Source: Mytilus californianus (taxonomy: Eukaryota). From it: 64,000 bases of DNA. Shown in pieces: positions 37,386-51,085 of the stretch (the stretch's first letter is position 1; every line of letters starts with the position of its first letter). Location of the stretch: the NCBI RefSeq assembly GCF_021869535.1, contig NW_026262690.1:109306001-109370000 (forward strand). Direction: 5' to 3'. The notes under the pieces are model-generated. The model was given only the letters and a program-made list of their open reading frames with translations, ran no database searches and had not been told where the DNA came from. Position numbers and translations under genes: made by a program.

Positions 37386-39956
37386 CAATCATCCTTTGTT
37401 GAACAAAACCTACTTTAAATATAACCGTCACATTCGTTTTCTTCGCACATTCTTATAAATATGGAATTGGCACATATTTTGAAGTAAAATGGCCAGATGG
37501 AAAATGTTTGTCAACTTCGTATAAAAAGGGATGAGTTAGGAACATAATTTTGCAATATGAATGCGGAAGAGATTTTTACATTCATTTTAAGGTTATTGCT
37601 ATTAGTTTTTTTAGTTTTTGCAGTGGTTTATTAGTTTTAAAATTTGCTACGAGAAAATTACAACTTCCGATAACACTTCGTGGTTCAGAATTAATAGTAA
37701 AAGAAAATATCCGATAAAAAACGTTGAATGCAGACGATATGAACCTATTATAGGACTACATCGACCGGAAATAACATAATGTATGGCGTCATGGATCAAG
37801 GAATCGGGAATTCCCTCTTCGGCGTAACCGGAAAGGTGACCTGAACGGATATAAAGTATCTCGCTGGCACAATTCTTATTTCCGTATTGTGCATGCTATT
37901 ACGACTTGATTCGCAGCAATGGTGTACAGCTTCAATCCGCCTTTAGTCCAGCTGATGCGTACATATTTTTAGGAGAATTGTGGGTTTGATGATAAAAGCA
38001 TGAAACTTTTCACAATTGTAGATCGATATATGTTAGTCAATTTAAGCTATGGACCCACGCTGAAAAATCTAATATGGCGACCATTTCACAGACGGCTTCC
38101 AATCAATCAAACTTTCACCACCATGTATAAATTAAAGCAAATAGTATCCAAATCAAATCTTTTTAAAGCATATAAAATGTAATCCAATGTTTCTAGAAAG
38201 TCATAACGGTATATTGGACATAAAAACTTTTTTTAAACGGCGGAAAATTTCAAAATGACTAAGATAAGGCTCTGCTGGTATTCATTTCTTTTATCGAATT
38301 GTACTTTACAATGTTCTAAGGATGGTGTTTCTCTGATACATCGATGATGTTTGCAAGATAATTTAATCGAAGATCCAATAGATGAAAACATTCGAACGTT
38401 TTTAGGACGCCTTTAAGATTAGTTGACTGTATATGTTCTTCTCCTTGCCACATTCCTATCGTTTTCATCGACTGTGGATCAAGATGATCAATAAATATAA
38501 TTCATCACAGACTTTCTACTCGCATTGAGCAACACCATTCGTGCAGATAAATGGGCATAATTTACACCTCCTTCTGGAACACCTGCGTTGACCACTAGGT
38601 TCGATGAAAAGGGATTCATGTTGTTTATGCTGTCAATGTTGTATTATTTGTCCTTTATTTTTCAATGTCTGTGTTGTAATCAAGTGAAAGTCGTGTTCAT
38701 CCATCGTATAGACACGGCAAACCTTATTTCATTTCAAACTTTTACATTTGGTAAAATTGAAGTTACTCTACATATACCAACATGTTTTAAATTTTGTGAT
38801 ACTAGATAAGACTCACCGAGCTATTTAAACAATATTTCCTAGGCAGCTGACCCTTCTTGAGCACCTGAGATCATCCCCTGTTTTATGAGTGGTTGGTGTT
38901 GCTCAATTTATAGATTTAAGTGAAGAGATATCTTATCTGGTGTTAGTCTTTTTTCGTTTTTTTTAATCCATGCTGATGTCTGGTTTTGTTTTTCTAGTGA
39001 TTTTTGAGTGCCTTGGTGTCTTCTTCATTTTTGTTATCATCTAAACAACAACATATTTTCACAGCAGTTTTCAAAATGTTTATCAAGGACAGCCAATTTA
39101 GTCTTTATACAACTCCTCGCCATACTTTAAACAGCACTGCACATAACAGCATTGTCCTCGCACAATTTTATCTACCGTTTTGATATCTTTCAACCACATT
39201 TTATTAGCTCATTTCAAAATGCTTATACTTTTGTGATAAATGTCCAATAGGGTATATGCCAATCTGCATTCCCTCGAAGTAGCACAACGGATAAAAGGCT
39301 GAACCTAAAGCTTTCATATGCTTATAAAATGAATTGAAACTTGTTAACTACTATAGCCATTTCTGGACATGACACCATATCCATATGTGTATTTGTGCGA
39401 TATTAACGGTCAATCCTGTTACCCAATATTCCCTTTTTACAAGTGTGTAATTCTACTAATGGCATGCTCTACATTTACCTTTTTTAATTACGTTTGCACA
39501 CTTGAAATGTATAGTTGAATTTTGCATAATATCGCACACGGGTACTACATGTAGAAGCCATAATTTGGATGGGAACATGCAAAAAAAAACTGAGTAGCAG
39601 TATGATGACACCTATATACACCAGAAGGGAACATTAAATTATCTTAATGATCTCACATCAAAATGTTTATTTCGATCTTTAATGTTACAGACCTGTTGTG
39701 GTTAAGTGGGCTCAGTTTCCCCTTATTAATCCATTCTTTGAATGTAACATAGTTTCACCTCGGTATCGTTCTTCAGTAAAAATTATGTTAGGATCTTTGT
39801 ATATGAATGAGAAGTACACCTACTGTAATCTCATGGAAATGTCTTACTCATGTTGCATAAGAGCCTCTAAAAAAATCTTCTGTTCATGAAATACTATGTT
39901 CTTTGATTGAACACTAACTTGTTCAATTACAGTTTTCTTACCAATCATTGGTATGT

Positions 39957-40215
39957 TCATAATTATAAATAAACTGTTTACAAAACTTTGACTTTTCGAT
40001 ATACTAAGGCTTTTCTACCTCAGGAATAGATTACCTTAGCTGTATTTGGCAAAACTTTTAGGAATTTTTGGTCCTCAATGCTCTTCAACTTCGTACTTAA
40101 TTTGGCCTTTTTAACTTTTTTTATTCGAGCATCACTAATGAGTCTTTTGTAGCCGAAACGCGCGTCTGGCGCAAATACAAAATTTCAATGCTGGTATCTA
40201 TGATGAGTTTATTCA
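39957..40215 (+). mobile_element. Retrozyme-like repeat fragment with a near-complete type-I hammerhead fold
   Basis: 40129-40172 reads gcatca CTAATGA gtcttttgtagcc GAAA cgcgcg TC tggcgc. The upstream body shares motifs with the intron-7 element (AAACTAAGG, CTCAGG, TTACCTT, GCTCTT). Confidence 0.75.
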
Positions 40216-41035
40216 CATAAGGTTCTCAACAATACCATTCTCATATGAATATATATATATATATATACATATATCAAAACTACTGTGTTGTGCTAAAATA
40301 TGTTTGCCCAGTTCCACCTTTCTGATTTGGTAACCGCAAAAGATCACAAGTGATACTTTATACATTTCTCGCAAAACAACACATTGCTGTATTGTATTAT
40401 GGAATGTCGAATCGTAGTGACAGAATTGATCTCTTCCTGAAACATTGCGGACTGATATATAAAGGCGAATGGCCATTTATTTGTCTTGGCTCTCCAGACA
40501 TACTTCGTGTTTTCATTATCATCTGCTTCAAGCCATATGTGTTATCTTTTTGTTAACTTATGTATACCATTTAAGGATAGAGTTGCACAATTGACTAATT
40601 ATACCAGGTTGGGATGCATGTATTTCTGGTTGGACAATTGACAGAGTCGTGTCCATAAAACGGTTATTACTAGATGTATGCATGAAATGTCATATTTAGT
40701 AAGGGCTAGGATATATCTTCTTTGCTGATTTTATTTGTTACTTAGTTAAAGCAATAATACGAACAGTTGAATTTTGATATTTAAAGGCGGCCATTTTGAA
40801 AAAAGCCGCCATATTGAAACTGCAAGGTATGTCCATAAAAGTAGAAAAAAAAGCAAAGGAACAGTGCATGGGCACAGAGGTTATACTATTTAAGATATCC
40901 CTGTTTCTTCATCGATTACATCATACATGTCGCAATATTCGTTCACTGACGTCATGAATTCCCCACCTGAATCCCTCACCTAGATGAAACCGTTTGGTGC
41001 ATCCAATACTACTAGGAGACACTGATATATATAAA

Positions 41036-41632
41036 CTGTTAACACATAGATTCGTCTCGCCTATCGGCATTAAATTTAGAAAAAAAGACAACCTGATAGA
41101 CACCAACATTGCGTATTAATTCAGTCCCTGGACCATGATCTAGAGTGTAAAGCCTGAAAATGGCCGACAAACTGTGATGTACAGACAGTAATGTAACTTA
41201 AAGTAAATAGTTTCTTTCAATATAACTTAAGCATAAAAACTTAACATTGAAAATTGCTTATTAATTCAAAGTCAATGAATCATGACAAATGGGGCAGGGT
41301 TTCGAAATAGTCATTAAACTGATATGTACAAATAGTAATGCGACTTTGTACAAAATATCATTGATATATCACAACTAGGTCCTATCAAACTAACTTAAGC
41401 AGAAAACATAACATTGAAAATTGCTTATTAATTCAAAGTCACTGGACCATGTCCTAGGGGCAGGGCCTCAAAATAGTCGACAAACTGATATGTGATGATA
41501 GAAATGCAACTTCATAGTAAATATCAATGATCTATTACAAGTAGTTCCTATCAAACAAACGTAAGCAGAAAACTTAAACAATTGTTGACGCCGTCGCCGG
41601 AAAAGCAATCCTTATGTCTCGCAGGCGAAGCA
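41036..41632. mobile_element. HINE-like insertion upstream of copy C
   Basis: Splits an A-run that is intact upstream of B (ATATAAAATCACGAACTG, ~12922); no TSD; ends GACGCCGTCGCCGG..TATGTCTCGCAGGCGAAGCAAAAA; internal ~170-bp repeat. Confidence 0.7.
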
Positions 41633-42050
41633 AAAATCACGAACTGTTATTACACAATTTCAAAGCAGTTAATATTGTTCATGATGTTAAGCTCATCTTT
41701 ATAAAATACAGTGTATAAACTAAACTTTAGAGCTATATTCAGATCAGATTATGAAAGAAACGTTTATGATGGTAACCATGATTCCTGTGGCTTTACAGAA
41801 TGAACTGTCCAGTTGTAATAACCGCTAACAGATTGCTAACGTTAACTGTCCTTGTACTTTTATCAAATTGTCTGTTTCCTTAATTTTCCCTATTATCCTC
41901 AAACTAAAATATAGCAACCCAACTGTTTGAACATATTAACGTGATTGTCAATTTTAACGTCTATGAATAATAGCACAGTTGAAAAATATGACGGAAAACA
42001 TTTCCCTCATCTGTTTATTTTTGGAAACGTTCAAATCATCTGTAAAGTCT

Positions 42051-43325
42051 TATTTTCACGACATAATATTTGGGTATATTATAGTTCCATATAATTGTAT
42101 ATTTATTTGCATATTTATAGTTTTACGAAACAAATTGGGAGACTATATGGGTTATACGGCAATAGGAAGTGAAGCAGAATGGGCCGAGTTTTAAATTTGT
42201 TTGTATTTCACTACTCTCGTCATTTCAACACATTATATTAATTACAAATTATTAGACTTGGTTTTTTGAATCTTTTGAATATATATACTTACATTCTAGA
42301 GCTGTGAAAAGTATCGGCATTGGCGATTAGAAAAATCGTTAGGCGTAGAATCTTCTTCACAACAATGGCGGATTTTTCTTTCCAATCCCATAATATTCCC
42401 ATCATGCCAATCGGTTTTCCGGTGCCCGAGACATTTTATTGGCCGTTACTTAGATTCTACTGGAGTTGCGAATCTCTTGTATTATATGTCTCTGATGAAA
42501 GTAAATTTGGAAAAAGAAAATACCACAAAGGGCGTCAAGTAGAAGCTCATTTGGTATTGGGAGGTATAGAAAGAGACAACAAAAAATGTTTTTTTGGAAC
42601 AGTGGACAATCGTACTAAGGAAACACTATTAAACTTTATTAAAGACAATATAAAACCTGGAACAACAAAAATAAGTGACTGTTGGAAAGTTTATGCACTT
42701 CTAGGTTCAGAGGGATTTGAGCATTTTAAAGTTAACCATTCCGTAAATTTTGTAGACCCAGATCTAGAAACAGGAGCACATGCAAACACTATTGAAAGTA
42801 TCTGGCGTGAACTTTCATTACCAAAATACGACACGGTAAAATCCCTTGATGATACTTATTTCGGTTAATATTGCGTACGTAAAAAGTTTATAATCGGCTC
42901 TGACGATCATTTTCTTGCATTTATAAACCTTATTAAAAAGTGTATAACCTCATTAAAAAGTGTATAGTCCAGAGGAAAAAAAACATATATTGATTACGAC
43001 AGAAACTATCACCATCAGTGAACCGCCTCCTGCTACTAAGAAACCAAGAGTACAACACAAAATTACAAACACTTGTTATTAAATTCTAGTCCGGGTGATT
43101 TTAAAGCTGTAATAGGTAAGTGCAATAAATTCATTTCAATTTTTTCAATTCAAAGAGTTTAAAACAATCTATAAACATCATTTGCATCTTCGTCTTTCGA
43201 AGCGGTATACAAAAATGACCGCTGTTTATATATATTCTTGCATAGTAACACAATTCGGGGCTATATGTCATGCGCATAAATTGTGCATCTTCCTTAGTCC
43301 GGGGTCCACCAAAACAGATTCTACA
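42051..43325 (+). mobile_element. Insertion block containing the Merlin remnant
   Basis: Homology to the region upstream of B stops after ATCTGTAAAGT (42050) and resumes at CATTAAA..ATGTGCATC (~43327); no matching TIR pair found. Confidence 0.65.
42491..43082 (+). pseudogene. Decayed Merlin / IS1016-like (ISXO2-domain) DDE transposase
   Basis: DESKFGKRKYHKGR ... GGIER ... SDCWKVY ... VNHSVNFVDP..TGAHANTIESIWR. A premature TAA at 42866-42868 is followed by YCVRKKF..DDHFLAFINLIKK; after a ~20-bp duplication/frameshift the C-terminus VYSPEE...PPATKKPR...* follows. Confidence 0.88.
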
Positions 43326-44479
43326 CCATTAAACTATTATGTGCATCAAAACAACAAAATAGAACATCACCATATAACAAAAATTATAAATAATACGCAA
43401 TATTCTTAGAAATCAACTTCAGTATATTATTTTGATATTAGTTTAATTAGGAATAAAGGGCATGCTTTGACGATGGTTAGCTTGAAATACAATAGCATTA
43501 GCATATGATAATGACATGATTAGGGTTATACTTAGGTTGGTCCCCTCCGTGAAATATTCAGTATGCCTTGGAATATACAAATATTAACGTTCGGTATGAG
43601 CTAATGACGACCTTTAACTTGAACGTTTCGGTTCCTCTGCTTTTTAAAATTTTAAATGTTTTAAAGCAAAAATGCTTAAATGTATAAACAATGTGCACAT
43701 GCTGAAATGTCTTGCCTTATTTACTGATCATGAATAAATAGGTCATAAAAAAGCCATAAACATATTGCTTATTACTCAGATGAACCCTTCCAGATGGATG
43801 TTGTAGGCCGTACGGTGACCTATAGTTGTTAATTTCTGTGTCATTTGGTCTCTTGTGGAGGGTTGTCTCTTTGGTAATCATACCACATCTTCTTATTTTA
43901 ATACTGTATCTAAAATTCATTCCATGCACTATATACATGTATATAGTTAACCTATTGCCTATAGTATCTGAAAAACCAACCGGACCAGGATACACATAAC
44001 CATGGAAATGAGGTTAATGTCAGATGAGCCTTACCAGGTTAACATGTAGGCCAAATACGTATGAGGTTAATGTCAGATGAGCCTTACTAGGTTAACATGT
44101 AGGCCAAATACATATGAACTACAATGCATAAGAGATCTTCTGATTAAAACAGACATTAACTTTTTACACACTGTGACTTTGATGGAGAGTTGTCTCATTT
44201 GCACTCATACCACATCTTCTTATTTATATATAGGTAGATCTGGTCATTCTGAGCATTTACACCCAGTCAGATTTTTTTTTCAAATTAACTACATGGTTTT
44301 CAAGTGATTGCAAAAGCATGCCATGGACCCCTGTGCTAGATGAACTAATAATGTCTGTTTTCATCTCATTCCTCTCTTAATCACCTTACTAATATGTCAT
44401 TTTCATCATTAATTGATATTTCTCAGAAAGTTAACAATTTTACCTTTAAATAAATCATTAAAAATTCTTTTTTTCCTTC

Positions 44480-45720
44480 TAAATACTAGGTTAGATTCCG
44501 CATATCAAATAACCCCATATATTCAATTTTTATTGAAATCAACGAAAGTTATTTTTGGACCCCAATTTGGACCAACTTGAAAACTGTAACCAAAATCAAA
44601 AATTTAATTGTATGCTTAAATTCAACATACCAAAGAACCCAAGTAATTCATTTTTGGTTGAAATCAAACTAAGTTTAATTTTTGATACTTTGGACCTTAA
44701 TGTGGACCAATTTGAAAAAATCAGGCCAAAAATCAAAATTCTAAAACACTTTTAGATTGGGCACATCAAAGAACACCAAACATTCAATTTTTGATTAAAT
44801 CAAATAAAGTTTAATTTTGGACCCCAATTTGGACCAACTTTGAAAACAGGACCCAAAATCATAAACACTGTTACATCAGGCATATCAAGAACATCAATAA
44901 TTAATTTTTTGATGAAATCAAACAAAGTTTAATTTTTGACCCTTATGAACCAATTCAAAAACAGGACCCCAAAATCTAAATTCTAAATACCCAGTTGATT
45001 CAACATATTAAAGAACCCCATATATTCAATTTTTGTTGAAATCAAACAAAAACAAATTTTAATTTTGGACCCTTATTTGGATCAACTGGAAAACAATCCA
45101 AAATCAAAAAAACTAATTGTATGCTTATATTCAACATATCAAAGAACCTCAAGAATTCAATTTTCGTTGAAATCATTCTAAGTTTAATTTGGATACTTTG
45201 GATGTTAATGTGGACCAATTTAAAAAAAACGTGCCTAAAATCAAAATTCTAAATATCCAGTATGATTCAGCATATTTAAGAACCAAATATATTCAATTTT
45301 TGTTGAAATCAAACAAAAAAAAATTCTAAATTCTCAAACACCGTAAGATTGGGCACATGAAAGAACATCAACTATTCATTTTTTGATGAAATTAAACAAA
45401 GTTAAATTTTAGATCCTTATGGACCAATTCGAAACAGAGCCAAAAGTCTAAATTATAAATATCCAGTTAGATTCAGCATATTTAAGTGCCAAATATATTC
45501 AATTTTTGTTGAAATCAAATAAAAAAAAAAGTTTAATTTTGGACCCAATTCGGACCAACTTTAAAACTGTAACCAAAATCAAAAATGTTCGTGTATGCTT
45601 ATATTCAACACCTTTTAAAAAAAACCAACAATTCAATTTTTTGTTGAAATCAAACTAAGGTTAATTTTTGATACTTTAGACCTAAATGTGGACCAATTTG
45701 AAAAACTGGTCCAAAATCAA
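44480..45720 (+). repeat. Degenerate ~130-bp tandem satellite (~9-10 units)
   Basis: Recurring ATTCAATTTTTGTTGAAATCAAACAAAGTTTAATTTTGGACCCCAATTTGGACCAAC...CCAAAATCAAAA...ATTCAGCATATCAAAGAAC. Confidence 0.85.
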
Positions 45721-48452
45721 AATTATATTTTCTGAATATTTTGACAGGATTTTTTCTAAAAAAAAAACATACTTAATCCCTATGTTACAGTTCACATTGT
45801 GACAAAATCCATCTTTATATCTACAAATAACAATTGCACAACATCTGACATCTCAAGTTGAATTGTCTAACTTCATGTTACTTCTTTTGTTCATTACTTG
45901 ACATCTCTCATTACATTCTGGCAGTTTTAAAACATCGATTCACTAGTCTATCTATTTCCAGAACAAAAAAGCACATATATAATTGTATAAGTAAATTTTG
46001 CAGTATAAAAAAATAATGATACATTCATGTGGCATTGAAGAAACTTCCAATTCCAGTTTTTATACATCTTTTGTTTTCATATTTCATAATATATTTTCTA
46101 ATACTTTTAATTTAGCAATGTAAAAAACAAATCTCTTAATGCTGACTTGTGAATATGCAAGTTTTACTCACTAAGAGTAAATTTGGCAGAGCTAAATTTG
46201 AAATATGACAAGTCAACATAAAAGTTAAATAGTGAAAAGTATTCATTCTTAGTATTACAAACTTATATCAAGTGCCAATATGCCTAAGAATCAGACAGTG
46301 GTGAAAACATGACAAACAAAAACCCACTCAACTTTACATTAATTTAATTTCAGAGTGTATAATGGTACATGAATATAACATTCGTTTCCCTTCCCTGTTC
46401 TCGTAATTCAAGATATAATTTGGTTGAAATTCACTAGAATATCACAATTAAGGGGAGATAACTGCGTAATTTGTTATTATTCTAACCAATATTTATCTAG
46501 ATATTTCTCGAATTACCAGACACGCAAAAACGAAAGACCTATCATTTTCAACTCAGGATGAGGGTACCTTCTAAATAGGGTGGTTAGGTTTTGAATTTTG
46601 TCTAAAGTGCCTGATTCTTACAAAGACTGGCACTTAAAATTGAAGGTGGGTTTAAGGAGCACACTGAATATTTATCTTATAGTGGACACAAGTAAATTTA
46701 TTTACAACTTTTATAGAGCTGGGCATATTGTATATACACATGTCCATCTTTGAAGAAATCTGAGACTATCTTACCCTCTGGATGTCTGTTGGAAATATTT
46801 GTCATTGCCATAATTGGGTTACTTTTTCATTAATAAATACCAACACCCGTTTTTATTCATACATTTTGTGTTATATGTAGTAAGTGTTACTGAACCTTAA
46901 ATTTTTCAAAGCATATTTACAAATGTATGTCTATGAATATAATAAATCTATTATGAAAGTTTTACTTTTTATTATGTATATAGAAACAATGGTTCAATTT
47001 TTAATAATTAAACTAATGAAATAAAAAAAATATCCCATAAACTAAGGTACATGTACATGCACATAATTTAGGAAAATTTCTGTCATAAGGGAAATCAAAT
47101 TTAAAATTTGAAATGAAAAACACCAATAAAAGCACTTATCCTTTGCTTTTTGTGTGTTTTTTGTTGTGCATGTACTGATTTTGTGTCATGAATGGATATC
47201 CCATATCCTTTGTTTTTCTATTATAATATCCCATTTAGTTTTATTCAAAATTACCTTTGGGAAAAATTGCAATGCCTCAGACATTGGAAAACTAATCATA
47301 ATGTTCTAATTTAGAACCTGAAACCTGGCACTTCAAGTACTGATAGACTATTTCTTAAAGACAATTCAACAATAAACACTGATTTCAAAAATTTAGATAA
47401 CACTAAGAAATAAACTGGTAACACAGAGCTTTTTTGTTATTTTAATAGTAAAATGCAAATGTTGAAATTAAAATATCATAACATGTAAGTTATGCAAAAT
47501 ATTCTAAGTCAAAAATAATTAAATATTAATTAAATAAATATTCAACATAAACTGACCTAACAACTAACTAATACATTGTTGACGCCAAAGCTGCCAACGT
47601 CATCGAAAACAGCATAAATATGTCTCGCTGTCAAGGCGGGGGAAAATGAGGTCACTAATTGAATAGTTCTTAATCCAAGCAAATTTTAGATCTAAGGTTA
47701 TCAAATAATAATATCTTTAACAATAACAATTTTCACAATTTATGAGGGAGGGAGGGGATTTCTCCCACGAGATATGTTGACTCAACTTTGAAATTCTTTA
47801 CTATACAATTATTCAAATGCGTTAAAAGGTTTTAAAGCACAAACATACTCATTCAAACAATACAATAGTAGATTAAAAACACTTGTTACAATATACAATG
47901 TACATGTAAGAGGAGCATCTTGCACTTAAAATTCACCATGGAAATTTTTAAAAGTTGGTAGGTATGAATTTTACTGAACCATACATGTACATGTGTGCTC
48001 ATTTCCAAAATTGATTCTTTAGATTTTCAAAATCTAATATATTGTTATGAAATATTTTTAAACGAAAATAATAAAGGAGTAGGATTCGGATAGTCCAAAT
48101 TGGCCTCAAAATCTGACTTTTTATTATCATATCTGAAAGCACTATTAATGATCTCAAATATGCAAATTTTGATGACACATATATATGTATCTACATGTAA
48201 ACAGACTATTTTTCTGACTACTGTTTCAATGTTAGTTTTCGATAATTTTGATGTAACTTTTCAGGTACAATGTATGATATTTTCTAGTTTTAATCCATAT
48301 TCTGCATTTTGAGGTCTATTTTCTTCTCCAGAACCAAATGTTTTCTAATAAAAAGTTTACTATTATTGGCATACGTATGATAATGTAAACATAAAGAGAT
48401 ATGGTATGATTGCCAATGAGACATCTATCAATGGCCACTGAATGTAACTATA

Positions 48453-48896
48453 GGTTGCACTTTGTAAATACAGCTGTTTCACAAACCACGCCCCTTTAGA
48501 GGGATATATACTATTCATATATATTTTGTTTTGTGTACGTACTGGTTCCCAGATAAATGTATGATCTCTATGTTTCATCTCATAGAGATATAACTTGGGA
48601 ATGTTACTAGTATAAATGCACATGGTAGGCGCTGGAATTGAATTCTGAGAAAGACCTAAAGTGAAGTGAGAAGTAGTGCAGAATTTTAGTATAAGTTCAA
48701 ACTCTTAGAAGTTCGGGGCATATAAATGTTCAGCACAGCCCTATGTTTTGACGTTTGAATAAAAAAGTAGTGCATATCAACTTTCTATTCTAGGATATAA
48801 TTTTGTACGAAACTTCATAGTAAAAGTGGTACAGTTTTAGCCGTAAAGTGAGTTCCTATGGGAAATTGCATAGTCTTTATTTACAGAAATGCAACC
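48453..48896. mobile_element. 444-bp non-autonomous DNA transposon (MITE) with ~18-bp TIRs and TATA target duplication
   Basis: TATA|GGTTGCACTTTGTAAATA ... TATTTACAGAAATGCAACC|TATA; the empty site AACTATAGGTAAC is present upstream of B (~15885). Confidence 0.85.
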
Positions 48897-49402
48897 TATA
48901 GGTAACATTGCTTGTGTCTGGCGTGGAAATATTATAAAATAAAATGATTATGTGACATAACCATGTTAACACGTGAATATCATACATTTATATGTATACA
49001 TGTACATGATCATCATGTATGAAAATAATTTTGATTAGTTACTTTGGTCTTTCATTTTGTCTTTATAAGCCCTTTAAATGGAATAAAAGCTTCTTATAAT
49101 CATGTACAGGTTTCATTCATTTGAATTACATGATCATCATGTATCACAGTATGCAGGTAAAATGTACATGTACATGCATGGAAATAATTTTGATAAGATA
49201 CATTGCTCTTTCATCTATATACTAAGATGTCCAGTGGCAAATATTGCATAAATATTCAGTTAACAAATTTCAAACATAACAGACTTGGTGTTGGGTTGAG
49301 GTTTGTCTATGGTTGTTGGTTGTATATAAGTTAGTGACACATCTCCATTAATCCTGATAGGGAGTGTACACAAATACTACTGCACCCTCGCAGCTAACGA
49401 AG

Positions 49403-49762
49403 ATGATGGATGGCTGCTTAACGTCCAGCGGCAAATTAATATGCATATTCAGGACGAGAACATGTTAATATAATATGCATATCATAAACCCTGCTTTGTA
49501 CTAGACCGACACAGTGAGCTGGATATTCAACATGCTAGTTCACAAGGTAACAGTCCGCAGGAAGACACATCACCTTATCTGGACACATTTTATTGACTCC
49601 GAGCCGACCAGTCTTTGCTCTTACTCCTTAATTCCGCGTTCCTAGCGGAGAAGCAGCAAATACCAATTTTAAAGTATTTAATTTGTCCCGACCCGGGTTC
49701 GAACTCACCACCTCCTGCACTCGAGGCGAACACGCTACCACGTGAACACCGAGGCAGTTCGC
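49403..49762 (-). mobile_element. tRNA-derived SINE (near full length)
   Basis: Minus strand: Pol III A-box-like TGGTAGCGTG (49731-49740) and B-box GAGTTCGAACCC (49695-49706), then body TTCTCCGCTAG..TTAAGGAGTAAGAGCAAAGACTGG and tail GCTGGACGTTAAGC followed by (CATC)n. Confidence 0.8.
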
Positions 49763-50574
49763 AGCTGTCGAAGGGAGCTATCGGGTAATGGGGGTACATG
49801 TATCTACCACAACATACATAGGCATCGAAAGTTGTTTTACAAAGATGAACTGCCAAAATGTTAACTTGCACAGGAGAATGTTTACATGTTGGACAGGGCA
49901 CAAATTTGGCCTTGCAATGGAAAATCTACAAACTCCTAAATAAGTTGTTAAAAGGGTATTTTAACTTGCGGAGATACTTTTTCCAAATACAAGGCATATA
50001 TCGTCCTCACTTCCACTTGATGTGGCTATGCATGCTCTTTTAAATGTCACTTTTCCCATTTTTTCTTCTTTTTATTAAGGGGGGGGGGGGCGGGGTCCTA
50101 CCATAACAGAGAGAAACTGGGACCAATTTCTATACACCAGGGTATTGTCCTTGTTGAAAATTTGTTTGGTTTGACTTTCTCTCATCATGCTTTTTTATAC
50201 AACGGTTGACATGGTTTAGTCCCCCTGGGTTTCACGCCATAAAAACACAAATATAAAAACCTGTACAAATCTATCTTCGAAGAAATTAAATAAAATAATT
50301 TTATCTTCTATACCGACAACAACCGAGCAACATGTTTATTGTTCGCTTAAATGGCTTGCTAAGTTGTTTTATCACTCTATTTAGCTAGAGTTGCGAGCTT
50401 GCACAAACGCCAGGGATCAGAGGCACTTAAAAAGCCTGTCCATCTGTGTGCGATTAGGTGTCGGTTACGAAATTTACACCAAACGAATCGGACGAGTTTT
50501 GATTATCTTACTTTTAATTTGGGCAACTTGAAATTACTTAACTCACCTGTACCATGCCTTTCTGAGATGCACTA

Positions 50575-51085
50575 CCATGTTCAAAGCGGGAAAAGGTTAA
50601 ATTAGCCTTTACCGGACGGTATTGTTATACTTGTCAATAACGACCGGGTTGAGAGGCTAGTTAGTGATAACTAAAGATAAACTTAGTCTATTTAGACCAC
50701 TTTGCCACCGAGACGGCTTACATTGAGACCACTTGGCCACCGGGAGCCCCTACTTATGTTTTACAGAAAATCGCATCCTTTAAACGGCGGTGTTGTTAAT
50801 AGAGCCCGTCAATTTAGATACGATTCCAAAATATTGATTCTTTGAGTAAGAGTATTCTTAAAGGTTATTTATGATTAGAGAAGAGGACGAAAGATACCAG
50901 AGGGACAGACAAACTCATAGATCGAAAACAAACTGACAACGCCATGGCCAAAAATAAAAAGACAAACAGACAAATAATAGTACAGATGACACAACATAGA
51001 AAACAAAAGACTTAGCAACACGAACCCCACCAAAAATGGGAGTGATCTCAGGTGCTCCGGAAGGTATCCTTTGATGGACCTTCAT
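50575..51085. mobile_element. Composite repeat insertion upstream of copy C
   Basis: Splits GCACTAC|AATGATACATC, which is intact at ~17430; contains the GAGGACGAAAGATACCAGAGGGACAG family also seen at ~33445. Confidence 0.65.

Noticed and set aside
42320-42490. N-terminal third of the 182-aa ORF as a true transposase N-terminus
   Set aside because: It starts at TTG, has no Merlin-like motifs and lacks the VEID context; it appears to be unrelated sequence fused in frame by chance.
49690-49765. tRNA gene
   Set aside because: A- and B-box-like motifs are present but I see no complete cloverleaf, and the sequence continues into a repeat body and tail; it is a SINE head.
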